DNA of 64,000 bases from a bacterium (GCA_030650605.1 JAUSDP010000020.1:83282-147281); one strand, 5' to 3'; counted from the stretch's first letter, positions 9,738-19,659 are shown. Program-made: numbers and translations. Notes: a model not told the origin generated them from the sequence alone.

Positions 9738-11306
9738 TTAGGCGGCGCTTCTGCGGTCTGGTGAGTCGGAGGTGCGATCATCCATGCAATCTCTTTGTTT
9801 GTTGTCCTTTGCGATTAAGGCGGCCTGATCAATGATGATCTTCTGTATTGGTTCGCCAATACTTAGTAACCACTCTTGCATGGATAATGGCAATTCTATG
9901 CAGCGCTCTGCGCGTGTGGTCGCAACATAAAGGAGATTGATCTCTTGTTCGTCGATGCCATCGTCTGAGGGGGGAACCATAAGATCTGCAAAATCGTCGG
10001 CTAAAACAACTTGGTCGAATTCCAGTCCCTTTGCTCTGTGACCCGTGCACAGAACAACCTGTGCGCTCTCCTGATCTTCTTGATGCGACTGTTTTGCTTT
10101 TTCTATCAGTGCTGGAATTTCATTCGTGTATTTATCAATTACTTTGATCAGGATTTTATATTCTGGATCGTTACTTTCCGCTGCAAACAGCGTGAGGTCG
10201 GTCCAGCACGGAAAATATCGCATGGCAGGATCTCGGATTAAGTCGCGTTTGTCGCTCCATAAATTGAATGCGTCCATGATGAGATCGAACCTATAGGCAG
10301 TGGGACCGCCAATGAAATGGAGTGTTTTGTTTTGTGCGACCAAGCCAACAGCAATGTCCAATAACATGGCATTGGTTCTGCACAAATATGCATAGGGCTT
10401 ATCCTTGTCTACAACGAACTCCGTGGAATTTAAGTTACCCGTCCTCTTGTCACGACTTAATCCTTCGACTGGTACGGTTTCTTCTTTGAACGTATTTAGC
10501 AACAAGCTTGCAAGTTTTCCAATTCCGTAACCGAAGCGAAAAGATTTCGACAAAACAAACGTCTCTTCGGAGTCAAATTTATCTAATGAATCCTCCGCAC
10601 CTCTAAACCTATAAATCGATTGATGACGGTCGCCAACGACGACGGTACCCATATGTTTTTGAGACTTAACGATATCAGTGATGACTGGATTGGCATCTTG
10701 TGCCTCATCAAAGAGGATGACCTTGTATTTTGATAGATCGGGATTAGCCAGATGAAATAGCTTCAGGTAGCCATCGTGCGGCATTTTGAAAGCAAGATCT
10801 TTCGGATCCTGAATCTTTCGCCACAAGTCCTTTGTTAGATCGAAAATGATGTTGATCGTTTCGACACTTGGTTCGCTTTTAGTATCAACAGCATTTTTTA
10901 CGTGGGCGATTGTGATTTCCGTGTCGGCGTTATTGAAGAAATTAGACAGGGCAATGAGCGACATGCGTGCGATGCTGGGCGCAACCATCATCGCACGCGC
11001 TACTTCAATGTTCTTAATATTTCCCAGACCTTTGCCGCCTCTTGATTCCACATAAGGTGCAGCTTTGGAAAATGCAAGTGAATGCCCTGTATGACAATCA
11101 ACGTTTGGACCAAATTTTTTCTTCGCCTCAGCGCGGATTGCCGCGTTGTAGGCAAGATAGAGCATGCGCAAGGTTGGCCTCGCTTTTGCATAACCAACCA
11201 ATGTTGAAGACTTTCCGGTGCCGGCATATGCTCTGACCTTGATTTTTTTAGATACCGACCGGATTACGCTTAATTGTTGGTCGGTGTATCGAACTGTGTC
11301 TTCCAT
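9738..11306 (-). CDS. UvrD/REP-like SF1 DNA helicase
   Basis: AYAGTGKS, DEAQD, VGDRHQSIYRFRGA, SFRF, HRAKGLEFDQV, NLLYVATTRA; start taken at MEDTV. Confidence 0.92.
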   Translation of the reverse strand: MEDTVRYTDQQLSVIRSVSKKIKVRAYAGTGKSSTLVGYAKARPTLRMLYLAYNAAIRAEAKKKFGPNVDCHTGHSLAFSKAAPYVESRGGKGLGNIKNIEVARAMMVAPSIARMSLIALSNFFNNADTEITIAHVKNAVDTKSEPSVETINIIFDLTKDLWRKIQDPKDLAFKMPHDGYLKLFHLANPDLSKYKVILFDEAQDANPVITDIVKSQKHMGTVVVGDRHQSIYRFRGAEDSLDKFDSEETFVLSKSFRFGYGIGKLASLLLNTFKEETVPVEGLSRDKRTGNLNSTEFVVDKDKPYAYLCRTNAMLLDIAVGLVAQNKTLHFIGGPTAYRFDLIMDAFNLWSDKRDLIRDPAMRYFPCWTDLTLFAAESNDPEYKILIKVIDKYTNEIPALIEKAKQSHQEDQESAQVVLCTGHRAKGLEFDQVVLADDFADLMVPPSDDGIDEQEINLLYVATTRAERCIELPLSMQEWLLSIGEPIQKIIIDQAALIAKDNKQRDCMDDRTSDSPDRRSAA

Positions 11307-11373
11307 GAAAATTCCTGTTTGTATGTAAGGTAATATACAAACAGAGTATTGCACAAATTGGAAGACCCATCAA

Positions 11374-11418
11374 TATTTTGAAACGATTCAAATATTAATT
11401 ATGAATCGTTTCAAAATA
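11374..11418. repeat. inverted repeat with two TGAAWCGWTTCA boxes
   Basis: TATTTTGAAACGATTCA-N11-TGAATCGTTTCAAAATA. Confidence 0.8.
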
Positions 11419-11649
11419 AAAAATCCTAAAGCCTTGTGACCGACTGGCCAGTCCGTAATGTCATCCTCAAAATCAGACTGGCAATTCATTACAGTTGAGA
11501 TTCAACTTTGGTGAAATTTCCCAGAAGACATATTTACGCTATTCAAGTAATGAAAAAATAGGTGATTTTCACGTTCCCTAAATAGATATGTGCACGACTT
11601 GATAGTCGTGACACCACCATATTGTTAACACTATCTTAAAGGAACGAAA

Positions 11650-11874
11650 ATGAGCATTTACTATAAACCTCGCGATTTCATCATTACTTATCACCACGAC
11701 CATTACCAGGACCTATCCGACGTTTGGATGCCAAAAGCCAGCTTGGTAAATCGCCATACTTGGGAGAGAGCAATTGTATGTTGTCCCGATCCTGAAAGAT
11801 CAAGAGAGATGGCGGATTGCGCAGTAAGAAGAGAAGCTGCCAAACGTATCAGAGAAGATAATTGGAGGAATTAG
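11650..11874 (+). CDS. small hypothetical protein
   Basis: 74-aa ORF with AAGGA RBS. Confidence 0.65.
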   Translation: MSIYYKPRDFIITYHHDHYQDLSDVWMPKASLVNRHTWERAIVCCPDPERSREMADCAVRREAAKRIREDNWRN

Positions 11875-12053
11875 TGGGTCAATTTTTGGGACAGCAAGGC
11901 TATTCGCTAGTTGACCTCATTTTGACGAGCCTTACCAAAAAAATTGACGCGAATGCCGTTAGTTGATTGAGTTATAACATTTAATAACTAACTGTATTTT
12001 CGATGATGCTTGATTATTATTGCTTGATAGCAATCTTGATCGTTCATCCTTCG

Positions 12054-12092
12054 TAAATATGAATCGTTTAATTATGAAACGATTCATATTTA
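12054..12092. repeat. inverted repeat with two TGAAWCGWTTCA-like boxes
   Basis: TAAATATGAATCGTTT-N7-AAACGATTCATATTTA, 5 bp beyond the recombinase stop. Confidence 0.8.
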
Positions 12093-12097
12093 TCCTG

Positions 12098-13150
12098 TCA
12101 CTCTGTTTCACTCAGTTTTTCGTGTTGCCCATCTTTTATTGCCGATCTTATTTCTTTGCCGCTTTCTTTGAAGTCGCTATGACCTTGACTCGATTTGGCA
12201 TAATGCAATTGGGCCGTCTCCAACGAATGATGTCCAACCAATTCGGTTACCCCAATATTTGGCAAAACATTTTTCATATTAGCTATGAATTGATGGCGTA
12301 GCGAATATAACGTGACGATCTTCTTTTCTTTAGGCCACATCGCCTTGCATGCCCGTTTTATTACTTGGGATATTCCCTGCTGATAGGTAATGAAAGACGC
12401 GTCTGGATTGCTTTGCCTCCATTTGCTAATTTCAAGCAGGTGGCTCTCCACTTCCACAATGCATGATTCCCAGAGTTTGGATGGTGCCTTTTCCCTAGCT
12501 AAATAAAAGCGCGATCGGTCTTCATCGGAATACTGTTTTGAATCGATGCGAAGCATCAGCCATTCATGCCAGGCGTCTGAACTGTAAGGAATCATTCTTT
12601 CGACCCCGTTCCCTCGCCCGTTCGTGGCCTTGGCATTCTGAACAACCAAGTAATCATTGTTTACTTGGGCTGCGCTCCATTCGCATGGTCGCACACCTGT
12701 GCGAATAGTTGCCCGGATTGCTTTGGCCGCTCGCAAGTTCCATGTGGTCGGTTTCACATCTTCAAAGTAAATTAGTAATTCGTCCAGCTTGTCCTCTTTA
12801 ACAAATTTCTGTTTAAGAGCCGACGTTCTTTGAGTGTTCTTCCGCGTTCCAGTTTGTGGCTCAGCACTTAATTCCATAATGGCGAAATGTAATTCCTCGT
12901 CGTATTCCCCATTATTGGCTTGACGATAACGATCTTGTTTTTCCGTAAGTGCGTGGATAGATGCTGCTTTATAGACCCTCCAACTTCTCGTGGCTAACTC
13001 AAATTTGAGACTGCACAGCCATCGTGCGTACATGATGTCGGTTACTAGTGATGGCTCGACATTCATAGAATCAGCACAACGAGCATGGTTGCGCTGGTGA
13101 GTGTTTTCGTACTGAATTTTGGTGCTCACTGATTTGGTAATGTCATTCAT
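12098..13150 (-). CDS. atypical tyrosine recombinase
   Basis: TGVRPCE (R), NAKATNGRG (K), LYSLRHQF (R), VGHHSLETAQLHY (H, Y); start taken at MNDITK (AGGA RBS). Confidence 0.85.
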   Translation of the reverse strand: MNDITKSVSTKIQYENTHQRNHARCADSMNVEPSLVTDIMYARWLCSLKFELATRSWRVYKAASIHALTEKQDRYRQANNGEYDEELHFAIMELSAEPQTGTRKNTQRTSALKQKFVKEDKLDELLIYFEDVKPTTWNLRAAKAIRATIRTGVRPCEWSAAQVNNDYLVVQNAKATNGRGNGVERMIPYSSDAWHEWLMLRIDSKQYSDEDRSRFYLAREKAPSKLWESCIVEVESHLLEISKWRQSNPDASFITYQQGISQVIKRACKAMWPKEKKIVTLYSLRHQFIANMKNVLPNIGVTELVGHHSLETAQLHYAKSSQGHSDFKESGKEIRSAIKDGQHEKLSETE

Positions 13151-13636
13151 TTTTGTCGATCCTAAGTAGTGGTCAGCAGGGCCAGCGTTCCATTGATCTT
13201 GGAGACTCCACATTCATGGCCTTACTAATTCCTTGGTGCATCATTATTTGAGATTATGCCCTGTCTTTGGGAAATAGCGTTATGGTTTTTCCTAAATTTT
13301 CTACGCAATTGGAATGTGGTTTCGACAGGTTACGTTACTTAGTCAAAATGTTGACATAAATAGTTTTATTTTTAAAGCTAAAATTATAAGAATATATTCA
13401 AGAAATTACAGTTAGTAGTCAATTTCAGTTGATTTAATAAACGAAAAAATTCAACGTATTTAAATAATTCTTCATATTTTGTATAAAATTTATCAGTAAA
13501 ATAATTGTAAGAGTCAAGAAACTAACTTTCATAGTCAATAAAATTGTATAAGTGCTCATTAACGCTATATTATTAATCAAAGCAAATTAATATTCTTAAA
13601 CGGTTCTACTTAATTCGGGTGGCGTCTCAGACACCG

Positions 13637-14152
13637 CAAAGCTAGCGTCACGCCATCTGTGTGGTCAAAGTCGAGTTTCCTGGCGCGGTGCTAGCTTTGA
13701 TCATGTTTTTAAAAATACTGATTTAAAAACTAAAAGTGATGATTACAAAATAGTTGTTGAATGTTGGATGCGAGAGTGATAAATACGCAGTTATTGCGTT
13801 ATTGAGGCTATTTACGGCAGGCATTGATCCAGAATCTGTTTCGAATAGAACTTGTCATATCAACCGGCTTGGCATCTACACGAGCGATTGGTAAAGCGCA
13901 ACGCTCCACCAATCGGCGACTAAATTAAGAGATATTAAAATTCAATTAGTTAAGCCCATTAATGCGTAATCTTAAGTAATCCGGCCAGCCCAGCCCTGTT
14001 GGAATTTCGGGCGGCGATCGACGCAAGCAACGTCCGCCAAGGGTTGCATTCGCGAGGAAGGCATTAACACGATGGTCTTAATTTTGAGTAAAGACTGGTC
14101 GCGATATTTGCTTGACTAAACGTTACTAAACTGTGGACAGTTCCGTTTAGTC
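13637..14152. other. cluster of imperfect hairpins in a non-coding region
   Basis: Stems at 13637-13699, 13885-13915, nested about 13920-14085, and 14114-14152. Confidence 0.6.
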
Positions 14153-14268
14153 CGCCTTCATTTTTGAGAGTGTGGAAACTTGTCTTAATAATATTTTTCC
14201 CGGCTCATTTCTTATGATGATTAATACTATTTAAGTGACTAGAAAATATAATTTTTGCTGACTAATAA

Positions 14269-14316
14269 AAAAAATGGTTATGACTATTAATATTTAAATA
14301 GTCATAACCATTTTTT
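14269..14316. repeat. 20-8-20 palindrome
   Basis: AAAAAATGGTTATGACTATT-aatattta-AATAGTCATAACCATTTTTT. Confidence 0.85.
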
Positions 14317-14431
14317 AAAGGCGCTATTGGAATCAGGCTTAAATGGAGTGATTCATAAAGCATGCGATGTTATCTAGAAAGTCTTAAAGCGTTACTTAAC
14401 GTATGCGAAATGTGTTATTTGGAATAGTCGA

Positions 14432-14875
14432 TTAACTACCAATATCATCCGGATTTATGTCGAGATGAATGGCTTTATGTGGCACTGAATTCCCATAAAT
14501 CGCCCCAATATTGTTGGACGAAATCAATGGTTTTTCCAATTGTTCAGAGTGATTTTCCTTGAGATTTGATGCCCCAGAAATTGGTTCAACAGGTGCCTTT
14601 TCAACCGCAACTTCACCGTTGGGTCTCGACTGTCCACTGGGTTCCGTATTTCCTTGTGGTACAAACTCTGGGGGGCGGTGCGGAGGTGACGCCTGGCCTT
14701 GTGGCGTAAATAAAGGTGGCGTTTGTCCATGAATGATAGTTAGAGCGTATGCAGCTAACTCAAGAATGCGTGCCGCACGGTGCCCGTCCTCCACTTGATT
14801 GATGTCTGCGTACAAAGCACGTTGACGAACCGGGTTGATTGTTACGCTTATTTTGCAGGATGTTTGTTTACTCAT
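14432..14875 (-). CDS. ParR/StbB-like DNA-binding adaptor
   Basis: KISVTINPV..LY..I....G.RAARILELA N-terminus, low-complexity tail, downstream of parM. Confidence 0.6.
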   Translation of the reverse strand: MSKQTSCKISVTINPVRQRALYADINQVEDGHRAARILELAAYALTIIHGQTPPLFTPQGQASPPHRPPEFVPQGNTEPSGQSRPNGEVAVEKAPVEPISGASNLKENHSEQLEKPLISSNNIGAIYGNSVPHKAIHLDINPDDIGS

Positions 14876-15059
14876 GCTCTACTCCGTACATGAATGAGTG
14901 CTACTTGGCGTATTGTTATATTACAAGTAGCGTATCTCAGGTTTTAGTTCGATATATAGCATCAGATTAGAATATGAGTAGTCTCTAAAGAGTTGCTATA
15001 TAGAATTCAATTGGTGTGTAATTATGGAACGTTGCAAATATCGTTCCATAATTATTTGA

Positions 15060-16076
15060 TTAACTCAGATTGTTCGCAGCCCAGATTTCGCCTGCAACTT
15101 GAAAACCACGCACATTCGAGAACATTGGGTGATCCGGCACAATGATGTCAAATTTAGGCACTCGCGGTTGTAGGATGCGCTTATACAGTTCCGCCGCCCC
15201 TCCTACTACTACAATGTTTTCCAGATCAGAGTAGGTCTTGATCTTTGACTCCATCTCATTCAACACTTGATTGAGCACTCCACGCGCCAGGTTGTCATAT
15301 TTTGAAAGGTTGATTTTTTCACCAGAGACGCGAATGATACCGGTTCCGTTGTACGCCTCTTCAACACGAGAGATATCAACTTGTTCGTTGGTCTCACGTT
15401 GAAGTTCGTTTGCGACGGCCTTATAGATTGCGGATACGCCGCCGTTATTCGATGCACCGCATCGATCTTCGATCGGCTTTTTATTGTTTGCGACGATCCA
15501 GTCCAAAGTAAAGAAACCAGGGTCGAGCACTAAAGTCTTTCCGTTGGTTAATGCGTTTGCGTATTTTTCTGTCGAATAAACGTCATATAGCCCTCCCATC
15601 GGTTGACGCAACACAAGCACATTTTTAACGTCACAAAAAAGTTTTCGCCCATCAGTGTCATTCCTATCCGTTCTTGAATACTGGTGGATGCCTTTCATGG
15701 ACTCAAACAACGCTTGTTTCTCATGAGGAAAGGTTGAAACAGGAAGTCCTAAAACAAGTACATCAATAATTGGCCTATCAATATAGAAAAGAGCTGCGTT
15801 GACTAACGCTTGATATTCAGCGGTTCTTGCATAGTTAGTGGATTGAACGCGGCCAAAAGCGAGACCGCTTAATGCCAAATGAGCCTCATTGCCGGCGACA
15901 TAAGTGATGTCGTCAATCAGGGTATGCACGACATCGATTGGTGATGTGTCATTCGATGCGTGGAAGGCTGTAGGGCAAAGTGATGCGAAAGACCGACACA
16001 TCAGTTCGTCCGATTTAGTTTGCTGTCCATATTTTACACCGCCAAAACCTACATCAATTGGGCTGACTTTATGCAT
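15060..16076 (-). CDS. parM: ParM/StbA-family actin-like ATPase
   Basis: IDVGFGGVK, LVLGLP, QPMG, LDPGFFTLD, VVGGAA, NVRGF; AGGAG RBS before MHKV. Confidence 0.9.
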   Translation of the reverse strand: MHKVSPIDVGFGGVKYGQQTKSDELMCRSFASLCPTAFHASNDTSPIDVVHTLIDDITYVAGNEAHLALSGLAFGRVQSTNYARTAEYQALVNAALFYIDRPIIDVLVLGLPVSTFPHEKQALFESMKGIHQYSRTDRNDTDGRKLFCDVKNVLVLRQPMGGLYDVYSTEKYANALTNGKTLVLDPGFFTLDWIVANNKKPIEDRCGASNNGGVSAIYKAVANELQRETNEQVDISRVEEAYNGTGIIRVSGEKINLSKYDNLARGVLNQVLNEMESKIKTYSDLENIVVVGGAAELYKRILQPRVPKFDIIVPDHPMFSNVRGFQVAGEIWAANNLS

Positions 16077-16385
16077 GAGTATTACTCCTTCGAAATGTGT
16101 TGAACCACAAAATTGACATGAAATCCATGTATCTATTTTTTCGTATAGATAGTCATTGACTGAAAATATAGTACACCCAAAAAAATACCTTAGCAAGTAA
16201 TCGGCAGCAAATATGCGCTATTTGGCAAATAAATAGCCTCTAATCGTGCCCGACTCGCCCTTATATAAATTTGCATATTTTTGCGCAATTGTTGTACATT
16301 TTTATTTCGTATGGTAATGTATCGACTGAAATTTATATAAGATTTTCACAAATATACGTAGTAATGACTGGGAATTTTTAATCGT

Positions 16386-16832
16386 ATGTATATATCGCGA
16401 CTGAATAAAATTATGATCGCAGCTTGCACGCTGATAGTCTCGGCGTGCGCAGCGCCAAGTAAGCCAGTTCCAGAATCTCCATCTATTGTCGCGAACCTAA
16501 TGGGGCAATCGAAATCTCGCAATGATGTTCAATTGCAGCGAATGGGATTAGCGAATGATCCCGAAAAGGCTATAAAAAATTCACCTGAAGGTAACGTGAC
16601 AATTTATTGGAGTGGCGATGCCGCAATGTTGCTCCCAGAAATTGCGACGAAAACAAAAAAGAGCTTTTCGATGCAAGGTGACCCCGTCCTACCTTTACCA
16701 GTTGCTTTGGATATTAAGAACGCATCAGTCCAACAGGTGCTGGAAAGCATTGCGGACCAGATCAACAGCCGCGCTGACATTATTTTGGAAAATGATTCGG
16801 TCATTCTTGAATACAGGATAAAAACGAAATGA
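16386..16832 (+). CDS. traH: TraH/DotD lipoprotein
   Basis: Lipobox VSAC; WSGDA..LL, L..IA.Q pattern. Confidence 0.85.
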   Translation: MYISRLNKIMIAACTLIVSACAAPSKPVPESPSIVANLMGQSKSRNDVQLQRMGLANDPEKAIKNSPEGNVTIYWSGDAAMLLPEIATKTKKSFSMQGDPVLPLPVALDIKNASVQQVLESIADQINSRADIILENDSVILEYRIKTK

Positions 16833-17659
16833 AGATGACACTTAAAAGAGTTTCCTTTTTTGTGACTTTGCTCATTTCCAGCACTGGTTACGCGCAGAGT
16901 GAGAAACCGTCCTTATATGACAGACTCCGTTCACCATCACCATCGCCTGAAGCTTCGGCGATATCGGCGATCGTTCCCTTGCGGGGTGATATGTTGCGTG
17001 ATGCTGCTATGGCGCTAGGGGTGCGTGCGGGAATGGCAGCAAAGTCGCGCAAATATTTTTCTGATATCGAACTGAGAAAAATCGAGTTAGACCGCCAGTA
17101 CCGCTTCTCATTTGTATTGACTGATTCGGGTGTTTTTGTACCACCAGTCATCGTTGAAGCGAGGGATAGTCTTGCCGGGAATGCCGAAACGCTTAGGATA
17201 ACCAAGGCCATCTATCAAATAGTAAGACGCGGAAAATTACAGCCATATCCGCCGTCATGGAGGGATTATCTATTCGTTGGGCTAAATGCAAGCGATCCCG
17301 ACGAGCCAAGTGAAGCCGTAAGGCCAAAGGGAGACAATGAAATGCTCCTTTGGAGGGCCTCATTTGATAAAGGCTATAGCTCAGGTGAGTCAACAGCTGA
17401 TTCGATTTATGAGCAAAATGTAGCCAGGCTTGATCGAGACTATCTGGGGATGTATCGCTACACCTCGCTCAAGGACAAGGGATTGATGACCGCCGAGGTC
17501 ATTACCGCATCCCATGCTGCGGCCAAAGAAAATTCTCCGTCCGATATGTCTGTTGATGAAACAACGTATCGTTTATCGCGTCAGCCTGAATTCAAGGCTG
17601 ACGCATCCGCTTGGAAAAAGCCTGCTTCAGCAAAAAATACTGAGACAGGAAAGCAATAA
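16829..17659 (+). CDS. traI: TraI/DotC conjugation protein
   Basis: AMALGVRAG, PPVIVEA, PPSWRDYL, RLDRDYLGM (IncI1-type TraI, not a relaxase). Confidence 0.9.
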   Translation: MKMTLKRVSFFVTLLISSTGYAQSEKPSLYDRLRSPSPSPEASAISAIVPLRGDMLRDAAMALGVRAGMAAKSRKYFSDIELRKIELDRQYRFSFVLTDSGVFVPPVIVEARDSLAGNAETLRITKAIYQIVRRGKLQPYPPSWRDYLFVGLNASDPDEPSEAVRPKGDNEMLLWRASFDKGYSSGESTADSIYEQNVARLDRDYLGMYRYTSLKDKGLMTAEVITASHAAAKENSPSDMSVDETTYRLSRQPEFKADASAWKKPASAKNTETGKQ

Positions 17660-18915
17660 TGACTACTGCTACTTCATGTGATGCGGGTCTGCAGAAGATT
17701 GTCGAAATCACCGATGACCCTGCTTTTATCTACGATATTGACACTGTTATTCGTGTTCCCCCAAGTCTAACCAAATTTCAGTTTGAAAAAATTGCTGCGA
17801 TGGCGTATCGAGCCAACGTCTCTGACATTCACCTGGCTAGTGGCGAACATATCTGGTTCGATGTTTACGGCCGCATGATTAAGGCGTCAAATCGACCGTT
17901 GAACGATGAGGAATTGCGTCAACTGCTTGGTGGCATGACCTCCCCATCGTCACTCGCCATGCTTGCGTCAGCCAATCCGGTGAACCGTGCGGTGTCAATT
18001 TCTCCAGAAAATCTAAGGAACATTAATTATCGCTTCCGTTTGAACGCGGTCAAATGTCGCGTTGGACGATATCTCGGTGGCTTACAAGTCACGATGCGAT
18101 CCATTCCTGATATGCCACCCGATATTAAGAACATCGGGATGCAAAAAGAAATCATGGAAAATTTGTTTCCAGAAAATGGTTTATGCCTTTTTGTCGGTGT
18201 AACTGGCTCAGGTAAAACCACCTCATTGTTTGCGGCGCTGCGTCATATTGCCGAAACCATGCCAGATAAAAAAATTGCCACTGCCGAGGATCCTGTTGAA
18301 TTCACATTCGAAAAAGTCAAATGCATCGGGATGATGCCGACTCAAATCGAGATTGGCGATGATTTAACGAGTTATAAGCAATGCATTCAAGAAGCAATGC
18401 GTCGCGCCGCTGAAGTCTTACTGATTGGCGAATGTCGAAAAATGGAAGAGTTTGGTGCGATGGTGGACGCCGCCCTTTCTGGGCATGCAACTTATTCAAC
18501 ACTGCACGCAGAAACGGTGGATCAAACCATAAACCGCATTCTAAATATGTTCCCTTTTGAAGAACAAGCATCGATCGCTTCGAAACTTATGGGGTCTCTG
18601 CGAATTGTGGTAGCGCAAAAGTTAGTGAAATCCATCGATGGGAAACGTCGTGTTGTTCGTGAGTGGTTAGTGTTTGACCGCGCAATCCGCGAATACCTCT
18701 CAGATATCAATATGGTTGATTGGACGCGTGAGATTAGACGCATGGTTTATCAACGGGGTAGTTCGATGCTTCACTCATTGGTTGCTCTTGTAAAGGACGG
18801 CAGCATTTCGCAAGAGGTTTTTTTTGACGCGAGCGGGATGCGTTTGGAAGGCGCTGAAGCATTTTTATTGCGGGTTTCTTCCAACAATCCACTTGATATT
18901 AAGGAGGCAGCATAG
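17659..18915 (+). CDS. traJ: TraJ/DotB secretion ATPase
   Basis: SDIH, RFRLNA, GVTGSGKTT, EDPVE, IGECR, SGHATYSTLH. Confidence 0.92.
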   Translation: MTTATSCDAGLQKIVEITDDPAFIYDIDTVIRVPPSLTKFQFEKIAAMAYRANVSDIHLASGEHIWFDVYGRMIKASNRPLNDEELRQLLGGMTSPSSLAMLASANPVNRAVSISPENLRNINYRFRLNAVKCRVGRYLGGLQVTMRSIPDMPPDIKNIGMQKEIMENLFPENGLCLFVGVTGSGKTTSLFAALRHIAETMPDKKIATAEDPVEFTFEKVKCIGMMPTQIEIGDDLTSYKQCIQEAMRRAAEVLLIGECRKMEEFGAMVDAALSGHATYSTLHAETVDQTINRILNMFPFEEQASIASKLMGSLRIVVAQKLVKSIDGKRRVVREWLVFDRAIREYLSDINMVDWTREIRRMVYQRGSSMLHSLVALVKDGSISQEVFFDASGMRLEGAEAFLLRVSSNNPLDIKEAA

Positions 18916-19172
18916 TGGGACATTGGCGATACGCGTCTGGCACAGCAAAGATTGGACCTATTGATTTGCGGTGTGTCTTTCCGATTTTCTTATGGTTTTT
19001 CTCACCAACACTATTCATGTTTGTGGTTGCGATTTTAGGGATTTTGTTTTTTGTTGGCATCTCTCTATTTGGATATTCGTTGCCAATTTTTTACCGCAGC
19101 ATAAGACATCGACTAAGAGGAAACGTAATTGACTCCGAAGGTTGGCTTTATTGGCGCCGTTACAGAAAATAA
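18915..19172 (+). CDS. traK: TraK/IcmT membrane protein
   Basis: HWR N-terminus, two TM segments, basic C-terminus. Confidence 0.85.
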   Translation: MGHWRYASGTAKIGPIDLRCVFPIFLWFFSPTLFMFVVAILGILFFVGISLFGYSLPIFYRSIRHRLRGNVIDSEGWLYWRRYRK

Positions 19173-19194
19173 TTTATCTATCTAGGAAATTTTC

Positions 19195-19659
19195 ATGAAA
19201 AAAATAATCATTTGTTCCATGCTTTCGTCCGCCCTGTTTGCGTCTTCAGTGGTCGCACATGCAGCTGTTATTGATCGCCAAGCGATCGTCGATATTCCTG
19301 AACAGGAGGTGCAAAAGAAATTTACAAATCAAGCTCCTGGCGTTGTGAATCCATCACCAGGATTGGCCGTTGCTACCACTTCATCGCCACCGCTACCGGT
19401 ATGGACAACTGCAATTGGAGATAACAATTTTCGATCGCTCATTGGTCGTTGGTCGACAACAGCGAATTGGATGGCCATTTGGGATGTCGATGTTGATATT
19501 CCGATTGTGGCGAATGATCGGGTTTCTGGTGATTTTAAAACTGCAGTGCGCCATCTACTCGCATCAACAAATTCGACTGATGCTCTGAAGCCCTGTTTCT
19601 ATACCAATAGGGTCGTTCGGGTCGTTCGTCAAACAATCAAATGCAACCCTTCTGAGTGA
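19195..19659 (+). CDS. pilL: TcpQ-domain pilus protein (PilL-like)
   Basis: Signal peptide; RW...W...W, GDFKTAV..L, FY.N.V.RV. Confidence 0.7.
   Translation: MKKIIICSMLSSALFASSVVAHAAVIDRQAIVDIPEQEVQKKFTNQAPGVVNPSPGLAVATTSSPPLPVWTTAIGDNNFRSLIGRWSTTANWMAIWDVDVDIPIVANDRVSGDFKTAVRHLLASTNSTDALKPCFYTNRVVRVVRQTIKCNPSE

Noticed and set aside
12098-14316. Protelomerase with telomere site (QLHY resembles the TelN/TelK active-site region)
   Set aside because: The palindrome centre is asymmetric and the other motifs look integrase-like; not fully excluded without an HMM search
16829-17659. TraI relaxase
   Set aside because: Motifs are those of DotC/IncI1 TraI, a secretion component; no HUH motif
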